Shown one piece after another: positions 48,558-57,445 of a stretch of 64,000 nt of DNA. The DNA comes from Candidatus Methanomethylophilaceae archaeon. GTDB taxonomy: Archaea > Thermoplasmatota > Thermoplasmata > Methanomassiliicoccales > Methanomethylophilaceae. The DNA lies in the NCBI GenBank assembly GCA_050944155.1, contig JBMNQN010000002.1, forward strand, positions 72,705-136,704, given 5' to 3'. Position numbers and translations under genes: made by a program. The notes under the pieces are model-generated. The model saw nothing but the letters and a program-made list of their open reading frames with translations, did no database searches and was not told the origin of the DNA. Every line of letters begins with the position of its first letter. Positions within the stretch are counted from its first letter, which is position 1.

Positions 48558-50165
48558 ATGAAGTCAAACACTGAAGCAATTTTAGCTCGTAAGGTAACGC
48601 CCGAGGTAATCTCCAAACTGGAGAGCATCGTCGGCAGGGACAACGTGAACACAGGCGATATGGACAAGATTCTGTACTGTCACGATATGGCCCCCCTTCC
48701 GAAAGAGGCAGGAATAGCATTCAACAACATTCCCGACGTGATCGTAAGGCCGGAAACCGACGAACAGGTTGCCAAAGTCGTCGCCCTGGCATACAAAGAA
48801 GGCATAGCCGTAATACCCAGAGGCAGCGCTTCCTGGGGTCTCGGCGGATGCATGCCCACCAACGGCGGCATAGTCATAGACATGGCGTCGAAGATGAACA
48901 AGATCTTGGAAATCGACACCGAGAGCATGTGCATCAAAGTACAGGTCGGATGCACCTGGAAAAACGCTTTGGACGAGTGTATGAAAAAGGGCTTCATTAT
49001 CGCTTCCTACCCCTCGAGCTTCCCCTCGGCCACCATCGGTGCGTGGATTTCCACCGACGGAATGGGAACGGGCAGCTACAAATACGGTTCCGCCAAAAAC
49101 CACATCCTCAACATGAAAGTGGTTCTTCCCGACGGATCTCTCATCGAGACGGGATACGACAAAATCGGTTCCTACATGGCCGGATACAACCTGAACCAGT
49201 TCTTCGCCGGTTCCGAAGGAACCCTCGGAGTGTTCACCACCGTGACCATGAGAATCTACCCCATGGGCGAAATCAGACCCACGGCTTACGAATTCGAAAA
49301 CCTCAAGGACATGCACGGTCCGATCCAGAAAATCATCGCCCACCCCAGCGTGAAACCCCTGCACATCGCCTGGTCCGATTACATCCACTTCGCGAACCAG
49401 AGGAAAGCGGGAATACACAACCTCATGCTGAAGAACGTTCTTCTCGTCACTCTGCAGGGAGATTCCAAGTTCCTCGACCTGGAAGAGCAGGCGATCGACG
49501 AAATAATGCAGGAAGCCGGAGCGAAGAAAGTAGACAAGGAAATCGCCGAGCACGAGTGGGAAGAGAGATGCTACGAATTCAGGTCCAGAAAGGTCGGAGT
49601 GGGCGAAATACCCGCCGAAGTCATCGTTCCGGTCAGGCACTGGGGAGAATTCGTCGACGAGTGCTACAAAGGATTCGACGTCATGAAGATGGAGGCCGGA
49701 GGAGTCATAGGAGTGGTCGTTGACCGCAGCACGGCTCTTTTCATGCCTTACTACTTCAAAAACGACGAGTCTCTTCTCGGAATGGCAGCGTTCTCCTTCA
49801 ACTTCTACCTGGGAGACAGGGCCGCCCTCTACGGAGGAAGAAGCACCGGATTCGGAGTGTTCTTCGCCTGGAACATGGACGTCATACACGACGGAGCCAC
49901 CGCCGACTTCATGAGGGATCTCAAAACCTTCGTGGACCCCCGCGACATCATGAACCCCGGCCACCTCGTGTGCGGAAAGACCAGATTCGGAATCAACCTG
50001 AACAAACAGATAATGTCTTTCGGAAGCAAACTCATGCAGGGAGTCAAGAAACTCCTGCCCGAGGACACGAACTTCAGCGACAACCTCAAGAGGTTCAGGT
50101 ACGACGACATGGAACACGACATGGAAGCCGGAAGGACGCGTGTTCTCGGAGACGGTTCCCAGTAA
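48558..50165 (+). CDS. FAD-binding oxidoreductase (VAO/PCMH, GlcD-like), atypical active site
   Basis: PDVIVRP, IPRG, GSEGTLGV, DP..IMNPG; strong C-ending codon bias. Confidence 0.88.
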   Translation: MKSNTEAILARKVTPEVISKLESIVGRDNVNTGDMDKILYCHDMAPLPKEAGIAFNNIPDVIVRPETDEQVAKVVALAYKEGIAVIPRGSASWGLGGCMPTNGGIVIDMASKMNKILEIDTESMCIKVQVGCTWKNALDECMKKGFIIASYPSSFPSATIGAWISTDGMGTGSYKYGSAKNHILNMKVVLPDGSLIETGYDKIGSYMAGYNLNQFFAGSEGTLGVFTTVTMRIYPMGEIRPTAYEFENLKDMHGPIQKIIAHPSVKPLHIAWSDYIHFANQRKAGIHNLMLKNVLLVTLQGDSKFLDLEEQAIDEIMQEAGAKKVDKEIAEHEWEERCYEFRSRKVGVGEIPAEVIVPVRHWGEFVDECYKGFDVMKMEAGGVIGVVVDRSTALFMPYYFKNDESLLGMAAFSFNFYLGDRAALYGGRSTGFGVFFAWNMDVIHDGATADFMRDLKTFVDPRDIMNPGHLVCGKTRFGINLNKQIMSFGSKLMQGVKKLLPEDTNFSDNLKRFRYDDMEHDMEAGRTRVLGDGSQ

Positions 50166-50191
50166 CCGCACCAAACTCTTTATCTTCAATT

Positions 50192-50212
50192 TCCGGGTTA
50201 TTAAAACCCGGA
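50192..50212 (+). terminator. Hairpin after the FAD oxidoreductase
   Basis: TCCGGGTT-ATTAA-AACCCGGA. Confidence 0.5.
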
Positions 50213-50278
50213 TTCAAAATTCTTATTTTTAATAAAACGGCAGTTAGTTTTTAATAACATATTTTTTTAGACTCCGTT

Positions 50279-51187
50279 ATGAAAGCACCGGCGATGATTT
50301 CGGTAGCGGTGGCCGTTACGGTTTTGCTGTCCGTGGGCACGTTATACGTACTCACCAACGACGACGGCGACAGCCGGCCCGTTATTTACACTTCCATGGG
50401 CTGGCAGAAGGAAATCGCGGAAGAGGTGGCCGGAGACGGATACAGGGTTGTTTCCTTCATCGAACCCGGCGGAACTCCCCACGCCGTGGAGGTCAGTGCC
50501 CAGAAAATCGCCCTGTCGTCGAACGCCGTGGCGTATTTCTACATAGGGGCGGGAATGGCCTGGGAGGACCGAAATCTCGAATCCGTCAAAGCCGGGATAA
50601 AATCGTACAACTGTACGGAAGGAGCCGGAATAGAGCTTCTTCACGGGCACACTCACGCCGAAGACGGATCAGTCGTAGAAGATCCGGCGGCTTTGGACGG
50701 ACACGTATGGACTTCTCCGGAAAATCTGAAAAAAATCGCGGGATATATGAAAGACGTTCTCGGCGATGAAATTCCCGAAGACAAAGAGAAATTCGAAAGC
50801 GGTTACGGTTCATTCGCCGCCAAATGCGACGCGCTTACCGAACTCGCCGACGAAAAACTGAAACAGACGGAAGAAAAAGAAATAATCGGATGGCACGCGG
50901 GATGGTCGTATCTTCTCCACGGCCGGAACATTGTGCAGCATTCTCTCGAACTTCCCGGAGCGACGATGACTCCCGCGTGGATCGAACTCAGAGGCGAGTG
51001 TGCGGAATCTTCGGAACCCGTTCCCATTTACCTCAGATATGCGGGCGAAGGGGGAATCACGGAAGAAGCGCTGAAAAAAAACGGAATCAACGCCGAATTG
51101 TTTTATATCAACCCTCTGAGCGTGGACATACTCGGCGAAATCGAAAAAGCGATTGACACAATAAGCGAAAATATGAACGGAGCGTGA
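50279..51187 (+). CDS. Metal ABC transporter solute-binding protein (ZnuA/TroA family)
   Basis: N-terminal TM, PH.VE, HGHTH loop, DGHVWTSP, WHAGW. Confidence 0.88.
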   Translation: MKAPAMISVAVAVTVLLSVGTLYVLTNDDGDSRPVIYTSMGWQKEIAEEVAGDGYRVVSFIEPGGTPHAVEVSAQKIALSSNAVAYFYIGAGMAWEDRNLESVKAGIKSYNCTEGAGIELLHGHTHAEDGSVVEDPAALDGHVWTSPENLKKIAGYMKDVLGDEIPEDKEKFESGYGSFAAKCDALTELADEKLKQTEEKEIIGWHAGWSYLLHGRNIVQHSLELPGATMTPAWIELRGECAESSEPVPIYLRYAGEGGITEEALKKNGINAELFYINPLSVDILGEIEKAIDTISENMNGA

Positions 51188-51948
51188 TGAAAACGATACC
51201 GATAGAGGTGGAAAATCTTACCGCCGGATACGACGGAAAACCCGTTATCAGGAATGTTTCCTTTAAGCTTCTGGAAGGGGACTTTCTGGCAATCATCGGA
51301 CCCAACGGCGGAGGAAAAACGACTCTGTTCAGAACGATTCTGGGTCTTATTGAGCCGATGGAAGGTTCGGTCCGCATAATGGGGCTTCCCATATCGGAAG
51401 GCCAGTCGTACGTGGGATACGTGCCTCAGAACGAACGCATCGATCCCGCATTCCCCATACTGACCCGCGACGTGGTTCTGGGAGGTCTCAGAGGACGCAA
51501 AGGCATGCGCCCGTTCTATACGAAAGAAGAGAAAGAGATGGCGGAAAAGGCCATGGCATACGCCGAAATAGAAGACGCCGCCGACAAAAGAGTAAGCCGC
51601 CTTTCGGGCGGGCAGCTTCAGAGAGTGTTCCTAGCAAGAGCGATAGCGTCCCACCCGAAAATCCTGATGCTCGACGAGCCCACGGCCAGTCTCGATCCGT
51701 CTATGAAAGACTGTACGTACGACATACTGAGAAAGCTGAACAAAGAAGCGGGCGTTTCCGTTATGGTAATCACCCACGACATGAGCAGCATCTCCCACGA
51801 CGTCAAACGCGTGGCGTGCCTGAACCACAGAATGGTGTACAGCGACAAACCCGAAATCACCCAGGAAATGATCGACATAGGTTTCCACTGCCCTCCGGAA
51901 CTCATTCACATAGGCCACACGAACTGCAACTGCGGAGGTCACCGGTGA
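51184..51948 (+). CDS. Metal ABC transporter ATPase (ZnuC family)
   Basis: GPNGGGKT, GYVPQ, LSGGQLQR, LDEPT, His/Cys-rich tail. Confidence 0.92.
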   Translation: MMKTIPIEVENLTAGYDGKPVIRNVSFKLLEGDFLAIIGPNGGGKTTLFRTILGLIEPMEGSVRIMGLPISEGQSYVGYVPQNERIDPAFPILTRDVVLGGLRGRKGMRPFYTKEEKEMAEKAMAYAEIEDAADKRVSRLSGGQLQRVFLARAIASHPKILMLDEPTASLDPSMKDCTYDILRKLNKEAGVSVMVITHDMSSISHDVKRVACLNHRMVYSDKPEITQEMIDIGFHCPPELIHIGHTNCNCGGHR

Positions 51949-52826
51949 TGGACTGGAGTCTGATGTTCTCTTCCCATCTGGTACAGAACATGCTTCTCTG
52001 TACCGTGATATGCTGCGTACTCTGCGGTGTTGTCGGTACATACGTAGTTGCGAAGCGAATGGTATTCGTCACCGGCGGAATAGCCCACACAACCTTCGGC
52101 GGAGTGGGAATGGCATATTGGATACAGTCGGTTTTTCTCGTTTCGTGGTTCGCCCCCATGCTGGGCGCGGCTATATTCGCAATAGCTTCCGCGGCCATAA
52201 TGGCGCTGCCGCCCGTGAGGAAAAAGCTCAGGGACGATTCGGTCATAGGGGTGCTCTGGTCGGTGGGAATGGCAATGGGAGTGATATTCATGCACTTCAT
52301 AGACCGTACCGTACTTCCGAATCCCGCGTCTTTCGAGGACATTCTTTTCGGAAGTCCGGCGTTCATAACCTATTCGGACATAGCCGTAATAGCGGTCGTC
52401 GCCTCGGTGATATTGGTGATTGTGGCACTTCTTTACAGGGATATGCAGCTGGTTGTTTTCGACGAGGTTCAGGCCAAGATTTCCGGAATAAACGTAAACG
52501 CCATGATATTCCTGCTTTACCTGATGGTGGCGGTTACCTGTGTTCTCGTCACCGAACTTATAGGGATAGTGATGATCATAGCGCTCGTTACGATACCTCC
52601 GGCGGTTGCAAACATGTTCTGCGACGACATCAAAGAAGTTATGACCGGAGCGGTGTCGATTTCCGTGGGATTTTCTCTGTTGGCTATGATTACCGCGATA
52701 GTCTTCGATCTTCCTCCGGGAGCCACCGTTGCCGTGATCCTGGGAACGGTTTTCATAGTCTCCACCGTAATAGCCAAAGCAGTGCGCAAAACAAAGAAAG
52801 ATAAATCGGAAACGGCTCAGATGTAA
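51948..52826 (+). CDS. Metal ABC transporter permease (ZnuB family)
   Basis: GIAHTTFGGVG, D..IG, ILFGS, FDE..AK..G. Confidence 0.92.
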   Translation: MDWSLMFSSHLVQNMLLCTVICCVLCGVVGTYVVAKRMVFVTGGIAHTTFGGVGMAYWIQSVFLVSWFAPMLGAAIFAIASAAIMALPPVRKKLRDDSVIGVLWSVGMAMGVIFMHFIDRTVLPNPASFEDILFGSPAFITYSDIAVIAVVASVILVIVALLYRDMQLVVFDEVQAKISGINVNAMIFLLYLMVAVTCVLVTELIGIVMIIALVTIPPAVANMFCDDIKEVMTGAVSISVGFSLLAMITAIVFDLPPGATVAVILGTVFIVSTVIAKAVRKTKKDKSETAQM

Positions 52827-53488
52827 TCCATCAGATTTCCGACGCCGTCGATTATGTTTTCGACTCCGTTCTCCTTCCAATCGCCGTAGGAACAGGACCC
52901 GCTGAGCACTCCTACGAATTCCGCGCCGGAATTCTTTGCGGTGTACCAGTCCGTTAAATTGTCTCCGACGTAAAGGATTTCTTCGGGCTTTACGCCCATG
53001 CCGTCCGCCAGGTGCTTCATCGCCATGGGAGAGGGTTTTTCGTCTTCGAAGGGAAAATCGTCCCTGCATACCACGGCATCGAAACTGTCGTAAACGTTCC
53101 AAAGGCCCAGTACGGCTTCGGCGTATTCCCTTCCGCCTCTGGTCAGAATGCCGACTTTGTATCCTTTGTGCTTAAGTGCCAGCATGGTTTCCACGGCCAG
53201 CGGGAACGGGGAAGAATCTTTGTAATATTCCTTTTCGATTTCGGTTCTCCGGTCGCCTATTTTTCCGAGGATGATGTCGATTTCGTCCCACCGTCCCGCA
53301 TCGTACACCCATCCGAAGGGGATGCCCATCTTTTCGGAATCCGTTTCCCTGAGGTCGTTCATGGGAATTCCTTCCTCTTCCATCACCTCGGGAATCACCC
53401 TGCTCAGCTTCGGATAATCCACGTGGGTGTTCATGAACGTCCCGTCCATATCAAAACCTACAGCTTTTATTCCGGGTCTGAACATCAT
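52817..53488 (-). CDS. HAD-family hydrolase
   Basis: FDMDGT, LTRG, KPSP, VGDNLTD. Confidence 0.9.
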   Translation of the reverse strand: MMFRPGIKAVGFDMDGTFMNTHVDYPKLSRVIPEVMEEEGIPMNDLRETDSEKMGIPFGWVYDAGRWDEIDIILGKIGDRRTEIEKEYYKDSSPFPLAVETMLALKHKGYKVGILTRGGREYAEAVLGLWNVYDSFDAVVCRDDFPFEDEKPSPMAMKHLADGMGVKPEEILYVGDNLTDWYTAKNSGAEFVGVLSGSCSYGDWKENGVENIIDGVGNLMDYI

Positions 53489-53546
53489 GCGTGTTAATAT
53501 GCCGTTCCGTTAATAATGTTAATGGGAAAATACAAAGGAGTCATGT

Positions 53547-53833
53547 GAGAGTAGTAGTCCCCCTTCTGTTTCAGGCGGCATTCGACTAATGCACCCTACC
53601 CGCCGGTCCGAGGCGGTCATTCCGGCTGTATGGGCTTGCTCCGATGAGGTGTCGCCGTTTCACCAAATCTCCGGGAACGTCACTGTCTGACAGATCATTC
53701 TTGGCCGGAGCTGTGTCGTTTCTGCGCCCTTGCCGAGGCTCTCGCCCCGCAGTATTTCACTGCTCATCTTGCCTCAGGAGGAGGGAACTTCCTCAGCCGG
53801 ACCGAAGTCCTACCGTCGGCCGCCCTCTCTCTC
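53547..53833 (-). ncRNA. rnpB: RNase P RNA (archaeal type A)
   Basis: Reverse complement has GAGGAAGUUCC and AAACAGAAGGGGGAC (P4), AGAAAC and UGAAAC, GAGCAAG, P8 GCAGU-GAAAU-ACUGC, P6 CUGAGGC/GCCUCGG, L15 GGUA. Confidence 0.93.
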
Positions 53834-53912
53834 ATGACGGTTTCTTCAGCGGTTACCGTGTATATAGCCGTTCGGCTGTTCCGTCGGAACAAAAATCGAA
53901 TAAAAAAAGAGA

Positions 53913-53933
53913 GCGGCGGTACGGAACCGCCGC
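53913..53933 (-). terminator. Terminator after the SPFH gene
   Basis: GCGGCGGT/ACCGCCGC stem followed by a T7 run on the minus strand. Confidence 0.6.
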
Positions 53934-53937
53934 ATTT

Positions 53938-55020
53938 TCAGTTTTTGTTCTTGTTGACGAGTCCGGTGGACTCTTCCAGCTCCTCGTTCATCATAGCATC
54001 GAGTCTTTCCGCTTCGGCCTGAATTTCTTCCGGTTTGGGAATGGGTCCGAGGATTTCGTCGGTGTCTCCGAACGTTTTCTGGATGTCCTTTGCGCTGGAA
54101 ACCGCTCTGTCCGGAACTTTTGCGGCGGATCCGACGTAATCGGATATTCCGTCGACCAGTCTGGTAAGTTCCATGGGGAAGAATATCTTGGAAGATTCTC
54201 CCTCTCCTACTTTTTTGAGGGTGTCCATGGAAAGAACGGAAAGCGCTTTGGAATCCATGGTCGCCGCTCCCACGGACAGGATGCGGAGCCTCTGCGCTTC
54301 TCCCTGGCCTTCGAGGATGGTGGCGACCCTGCTTCCTTCGGCTTCGAGGACCATCGCCTGTCTGCGGCCTTCGGCCTGAAGTATGCGGGATTTCTTTTCT
54401 CCTTCGGCTTTGAGTATGGCGGCTCTCTTGAGACCGTCGGCCTCGAGGATGGCTGCGCGTCTCTTCCTTTCGGCGGAAGTCTGCTCTTCCATTGAGTCCT
54501 TGACTTTAGCTGCGGGATCGACTTCCCTGATTTCCACGGCTTCGACCTTGACTCCCCATTTGTCGGTGCTCTCGTCCAGAGTGTCTCTCAGCTGAAGGTT
54601 GATTGTTTCCCTGTTGGAGAGAATCTGATCGAGCTCCATTTCACCTATCACGGCTCTCAGAGTCGTCTGTGCCAGACTGACTGTGGCAATCTTGTACTGG
54701 GTGACTTCGAAGTAGGCTTTCCTGGGGTCCGTGACCTTGATGTATATGATCGCGTCAACGTATACGGGCGAATTGTCCTTGGTTATGACTTCCTGTCTGG
54801 GTATGTCGAGAACCTCGGTACGCAGATCGATTTTTACTACTTCGTTAATCAGAGGGAAAACCACGTTCAGACCCTGGTTGAGGTTTCTCACATATTTTCC
54901 CAGTCTCATGTATATGCCCTGTTCGTAGGGCTGAACTATTTTTACTCCGCTTACCAGCGTCAGGATGATAAGGAATACCACCAGCAGCGCGATGGTAAGC
55001 AGAACACTTCCCATTTCCAT
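53938..55020 (-). CDS. SPFH/stomatin (QmcA-like) membrane protein
   Basis: N-terminal TM, EVITKDN, QTTLRAVIG, WGVKVEAVEI, AEG repeats. Confidence 0.93.
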   Translation of the reverse strand: MEMGSVLLTIALLVVFLIILTLVSGVKIVQPYEQGIYMRLGKYVRNLNQGLNVVFPLINEVVKIDLRTEVLDIPRQEVITKDNSPVYVDAIIYIKVTDPRKAYFEVTQYKIATVSLAQTTLRAVIGEMELDQILSNRETINLQLRDTLDESTDKWGVKVEAVEIREVDPAAKVKDSMEEQTSAERKRRAAILEADGLKRAAILKAEGEKKSRILQAEGRRQAMVLEAEGSRVATILEGQGEAQRLRILSVGAATMDSKALSVLSMDTLKKVGEGESSKIFFPMELTRLVDGISDYVGSAAKVPDRAVSSAKDIQKTFGDTDEILGPIPKPEEIQAEAERLDAMMNEELEESTGLVNKNKN

Positions 55021-55064
55021 GTTTGTACACCTCTGTTTTTACTGAAACGATTCGGAAGGCGGTG

Positions 55065-55514
55065 TCACTCTTCGGGTTCGACGAAGACGTGAACCCCCTC
55101 GCTTTTTACCACTCTGACCTTTGTTCCCGCTTCTATGGGAACATCGGATCTGGCACTCCATGTATCGGATCCGATTTTTACCTTTCCTTTCAGAGTTCCC
55201 GGGACGGTTGTCACGGTCACTATTCCCGTAGATCCGAGAAGGGATTCCGCAACCGTTGTGGTGGGCGGTTCCGGTTTGCCCAGAAGCCTGTAGACGTAAA
55301 TCGTCAGGATGGTTACCGGGGCTGCCACGAGTACGGCAACGAGTACGGCGTACCAGGACAGCAGAAAGTCCGCATTGAAAAGACCCAGCACTCCCAGGAT
55401 TACGAACACGGTTCCGGGGATGACCATGAAAACTCCGGGCGTGAACGCTTCGGCTATCAGGAGTATTATGCCCAATATGATAAGAATATAGGCAATGACT
55501 GTTGCCGGTTCCAT
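55065..55514 (-). CDS. NfeD-family (short) membrane protein
   Basis: AEAFTPG, TM segments, OB-fold GKVKIGSDTWSARS; upstream of SPFH. Confidence 0.9.
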   Translation of the reverse strand: MEPATVIAYILIILGIILLIAEAFTPGVFMVIPGTVFVILGVLGLFNADFLLSWYAVLVAVLVAAPVTILTIYVYRLLGKPEPPTTTVAESLLGSTGIVTVTTVPGTLKGKVKIGSDTWSARSDVPIEAGTKVRVVKSEGVHVFVEPEE

Positions 55515-55665
55515 GATTGGGTATCGTGTCCGACGTATTTAATCATTGTACCGCAGAAAACGGAGATTTTCCGTCCGTATCTCAGGTTTCCGATAATATA
55601 TTGTGCAGTCCGAATACGATTTTAACGGAAACCTTATTAACTGCATCAGATTACACGGAAAGGAA

Positions 55666-55752
55666 GCAAGGGTAGTCAAGCATGGCCAACGACGCTAGGT
55701 TGAGGGCCTAGTCCTTAGTGGTCCGTGGGTTCAAATCCCATCCCTTGCACCA
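55666..55752 (+). tRNA. tRNA-Leu (GAG)
   Basis: GCAAGGG/CCCTTGC acceptor, CTAGG-TTGAGGG-CCTAG anticodon arm, long variable arm, GGTTCAAATCC, encoded ACCA. Confidence 0.96.
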
Positions 55753-55802
55753 CAATTTTTCCATTCTTTCCATAATGTCATTCATTCCCGCCGGCATTAC
55801 TG

Positions 55803-56303
55803 CTAACCGAAGGTTCTGCGCAGAGACTCGAAATTTATCTCCATTCCGCAGGCTTTGGATACTTTTTCTTCCATTTTCTTTATTTCCCAACGGGACATGA
55901 TTCCGTCGTCGGTGATTTCTGAAGGAAACAGAAGGGCCGAATTTTCGTAACAGCTGCCCGGCGGAACATCTTCCGAATCGATATACGCACTGAGGATTCT
56001 GCTTCCCTCGCAGCCCATGGTCACGGACAGGGCCGCCCCGTCCCCGACATCTCTGGTTCTCAGGGAGATCATGTTGACCCAAATCCCCGAATCTATGTTT
56101 TCCGTCATCAGATTTCTGACTTCGTCCGGACTCATTCCGGTTTCGGCGACTATCATTGCGAAAGCGAACGCTCTTAACGTAAAGTAATCCGAACCGATGT
56201 TTCTGATTCCGGCGCCTCTCAGAATGTAATAACGTCCGAGAAGCTCCCTTTCCGAATATTCCGTATTTTCGGATACATTTCTTTCGCAGGTCATTTTTAT
56301 CAC
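55803..56303 (-). pseudogene. Degenerate tyrosine recombinase/integrase fragment
   Basis: TGMSPDEVRNL (cf. TGxRxxEL), LLFPS, FESLRRTFG (cf. HxLRRTF), then stop with no catalytic Tyr region; converges on the tRNA 3' end. Confidence 0.65.
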
Positions 56304-56356
56304 GCCTGCGCAATTTCTCCGGAGCCGTTTATATGCGGAATTATACAGTTATGCGG

Positions 56357-57400
56357 TTACCTCTTCCAGTAGCTTATCCCCGCTTCGCCCATCGCAATCG
56401 CGTTTTCGTCCGGAGTTTTAAGAGGCATTTCGCATCCGGGTGCCAGGATAAGTCCTCCGTCCCTTCCAGCCGCGTCTATAACTGCGTAGCATTTTTCGGT
56501 TATTTTTTCGGGAGTGCCCATCATAACCGTCGAAACTGGATTCACGTTTCCCATGAGCGCCATCTTTCCCGCGCTCTTTCTTGCCGCCGCCGGGTTCACG
56601 GCGTGATCGAAACTGAAACAGTCAGTTCCGATTTCCTTCAGCATGGGCATAATCTGCAGAGAGTTTCCGCATATGTGCACGAAAGCGGGGACGTTTTCGT
56701 AGGACTTTGTGTCTCTGATGACTTCTTCGATCGCTTCGTAGGAGTATTCCCTGAACATATCTGGAGAAATCAGGTCTTCCGAAGAGGTGGGGTCGGCCAT
56801 CCACACAAGGGTAGCTCCGGCCTCGATCATTCTCTTTTCCATGGCGGTTACCAGGGGAGTTATTTTCTTAATCGTGTCTTTGACGAAGTCCGGTTCCGTA
56901 ATGGTCTGGAACATCATGTTTTCCGTTCCCATGAGATATCCCGCCATGGTCAGGGGACCCCAGGAAAGACCGCATACATGGAGGTCTTCCGGCAGTATTC
57001 TGACGGTTTCTTCCAGACTTTCCACGAAAACTTTGGTGAAGTTCGGGCACTCGGAGGCTTTGAACGGATCGAAAACCGCCAGGCCGTCCAGATCTTCCGG
57101 GCTTTTTACCAAGGGGTCGGGAACCATTCCGTAATCGTCCTCCGGAAACCGTACGTTTCCTCCCATGTCCTGAAACGGAATCTGGGAATCCAGAACGGGT
57201 TTGACGAAATCGGATTTGGTTTTGATTGCATAATCCACTGCAACTTTCGCCGAGACGGCGGGATCGTTTCTGGCCTGCGTTACGGTGTATCCCGCGCTGC
57301 GGGCCGCAGTGACTATGGCAAAATTATTCACCGGAGTTCTTCCGGTAAGTTCGAAATTCAGCGCCGCTTCCACAGCGTCCCTGTGCCCTGCGTTCTTCAA
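56357..57400 (-). CDS. Second MtaA/CmuA (UroD-family) methyltransferase
   Basis: WGPLTMA, ADPTSS, HICG, GNVNP, APGC. Confidence 0.85.
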   Translation of the reverse strand: MKNAGHRDAVEAALNFELTGRTPVNNFAIVTAARSAGYTVTQARNDPAVSAKVAVDYAIKTKSDFVKPVLDSQIPFQDMGGNVRFPEDDYGMVPDPLVKSPEDLDGLAVFDPFKASECPNFTKVFVESLEETVRILPEDLHVCGLSWGPLTMAGYLMGTENMMFQTITEPDFVKDTIKKITPLVTAMEKRMIEAGATLVWMADPTSSEDLISPDMFREYSYEAIEEVIRDTKSYENVPAFVHICGNSLQIMPMLKEIGTDCFSFDHAVNPAAARKSAGKMALMGNVNPVSTVMMGTPEKITEKCYAVIDAAGRDGGLILAPGCEMPLKTPDENAIAMGEAGISYWKR

Positions 57401-57445
57401 TCTATCACCGTCCCGTTCAGGGAATGGCAGGTTATAAACCGTTCG

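Noticed and set aside
48582-50189. 535-aa antisense ORF matching the FAD gene in length
   Set aside because: Shadow ORF with no recognisable protein features.
53644-54495. 283-aa ORF across rnpB and SPFH
   Set aside because: Antisense to RNase P RNA and to a real gene.
55720-56400. Intact integrated element with att repeats at tRNA-Leu
   Set aside because: No duplicate of the tRNA 3' end seen, and housekeeping genes resume at once.
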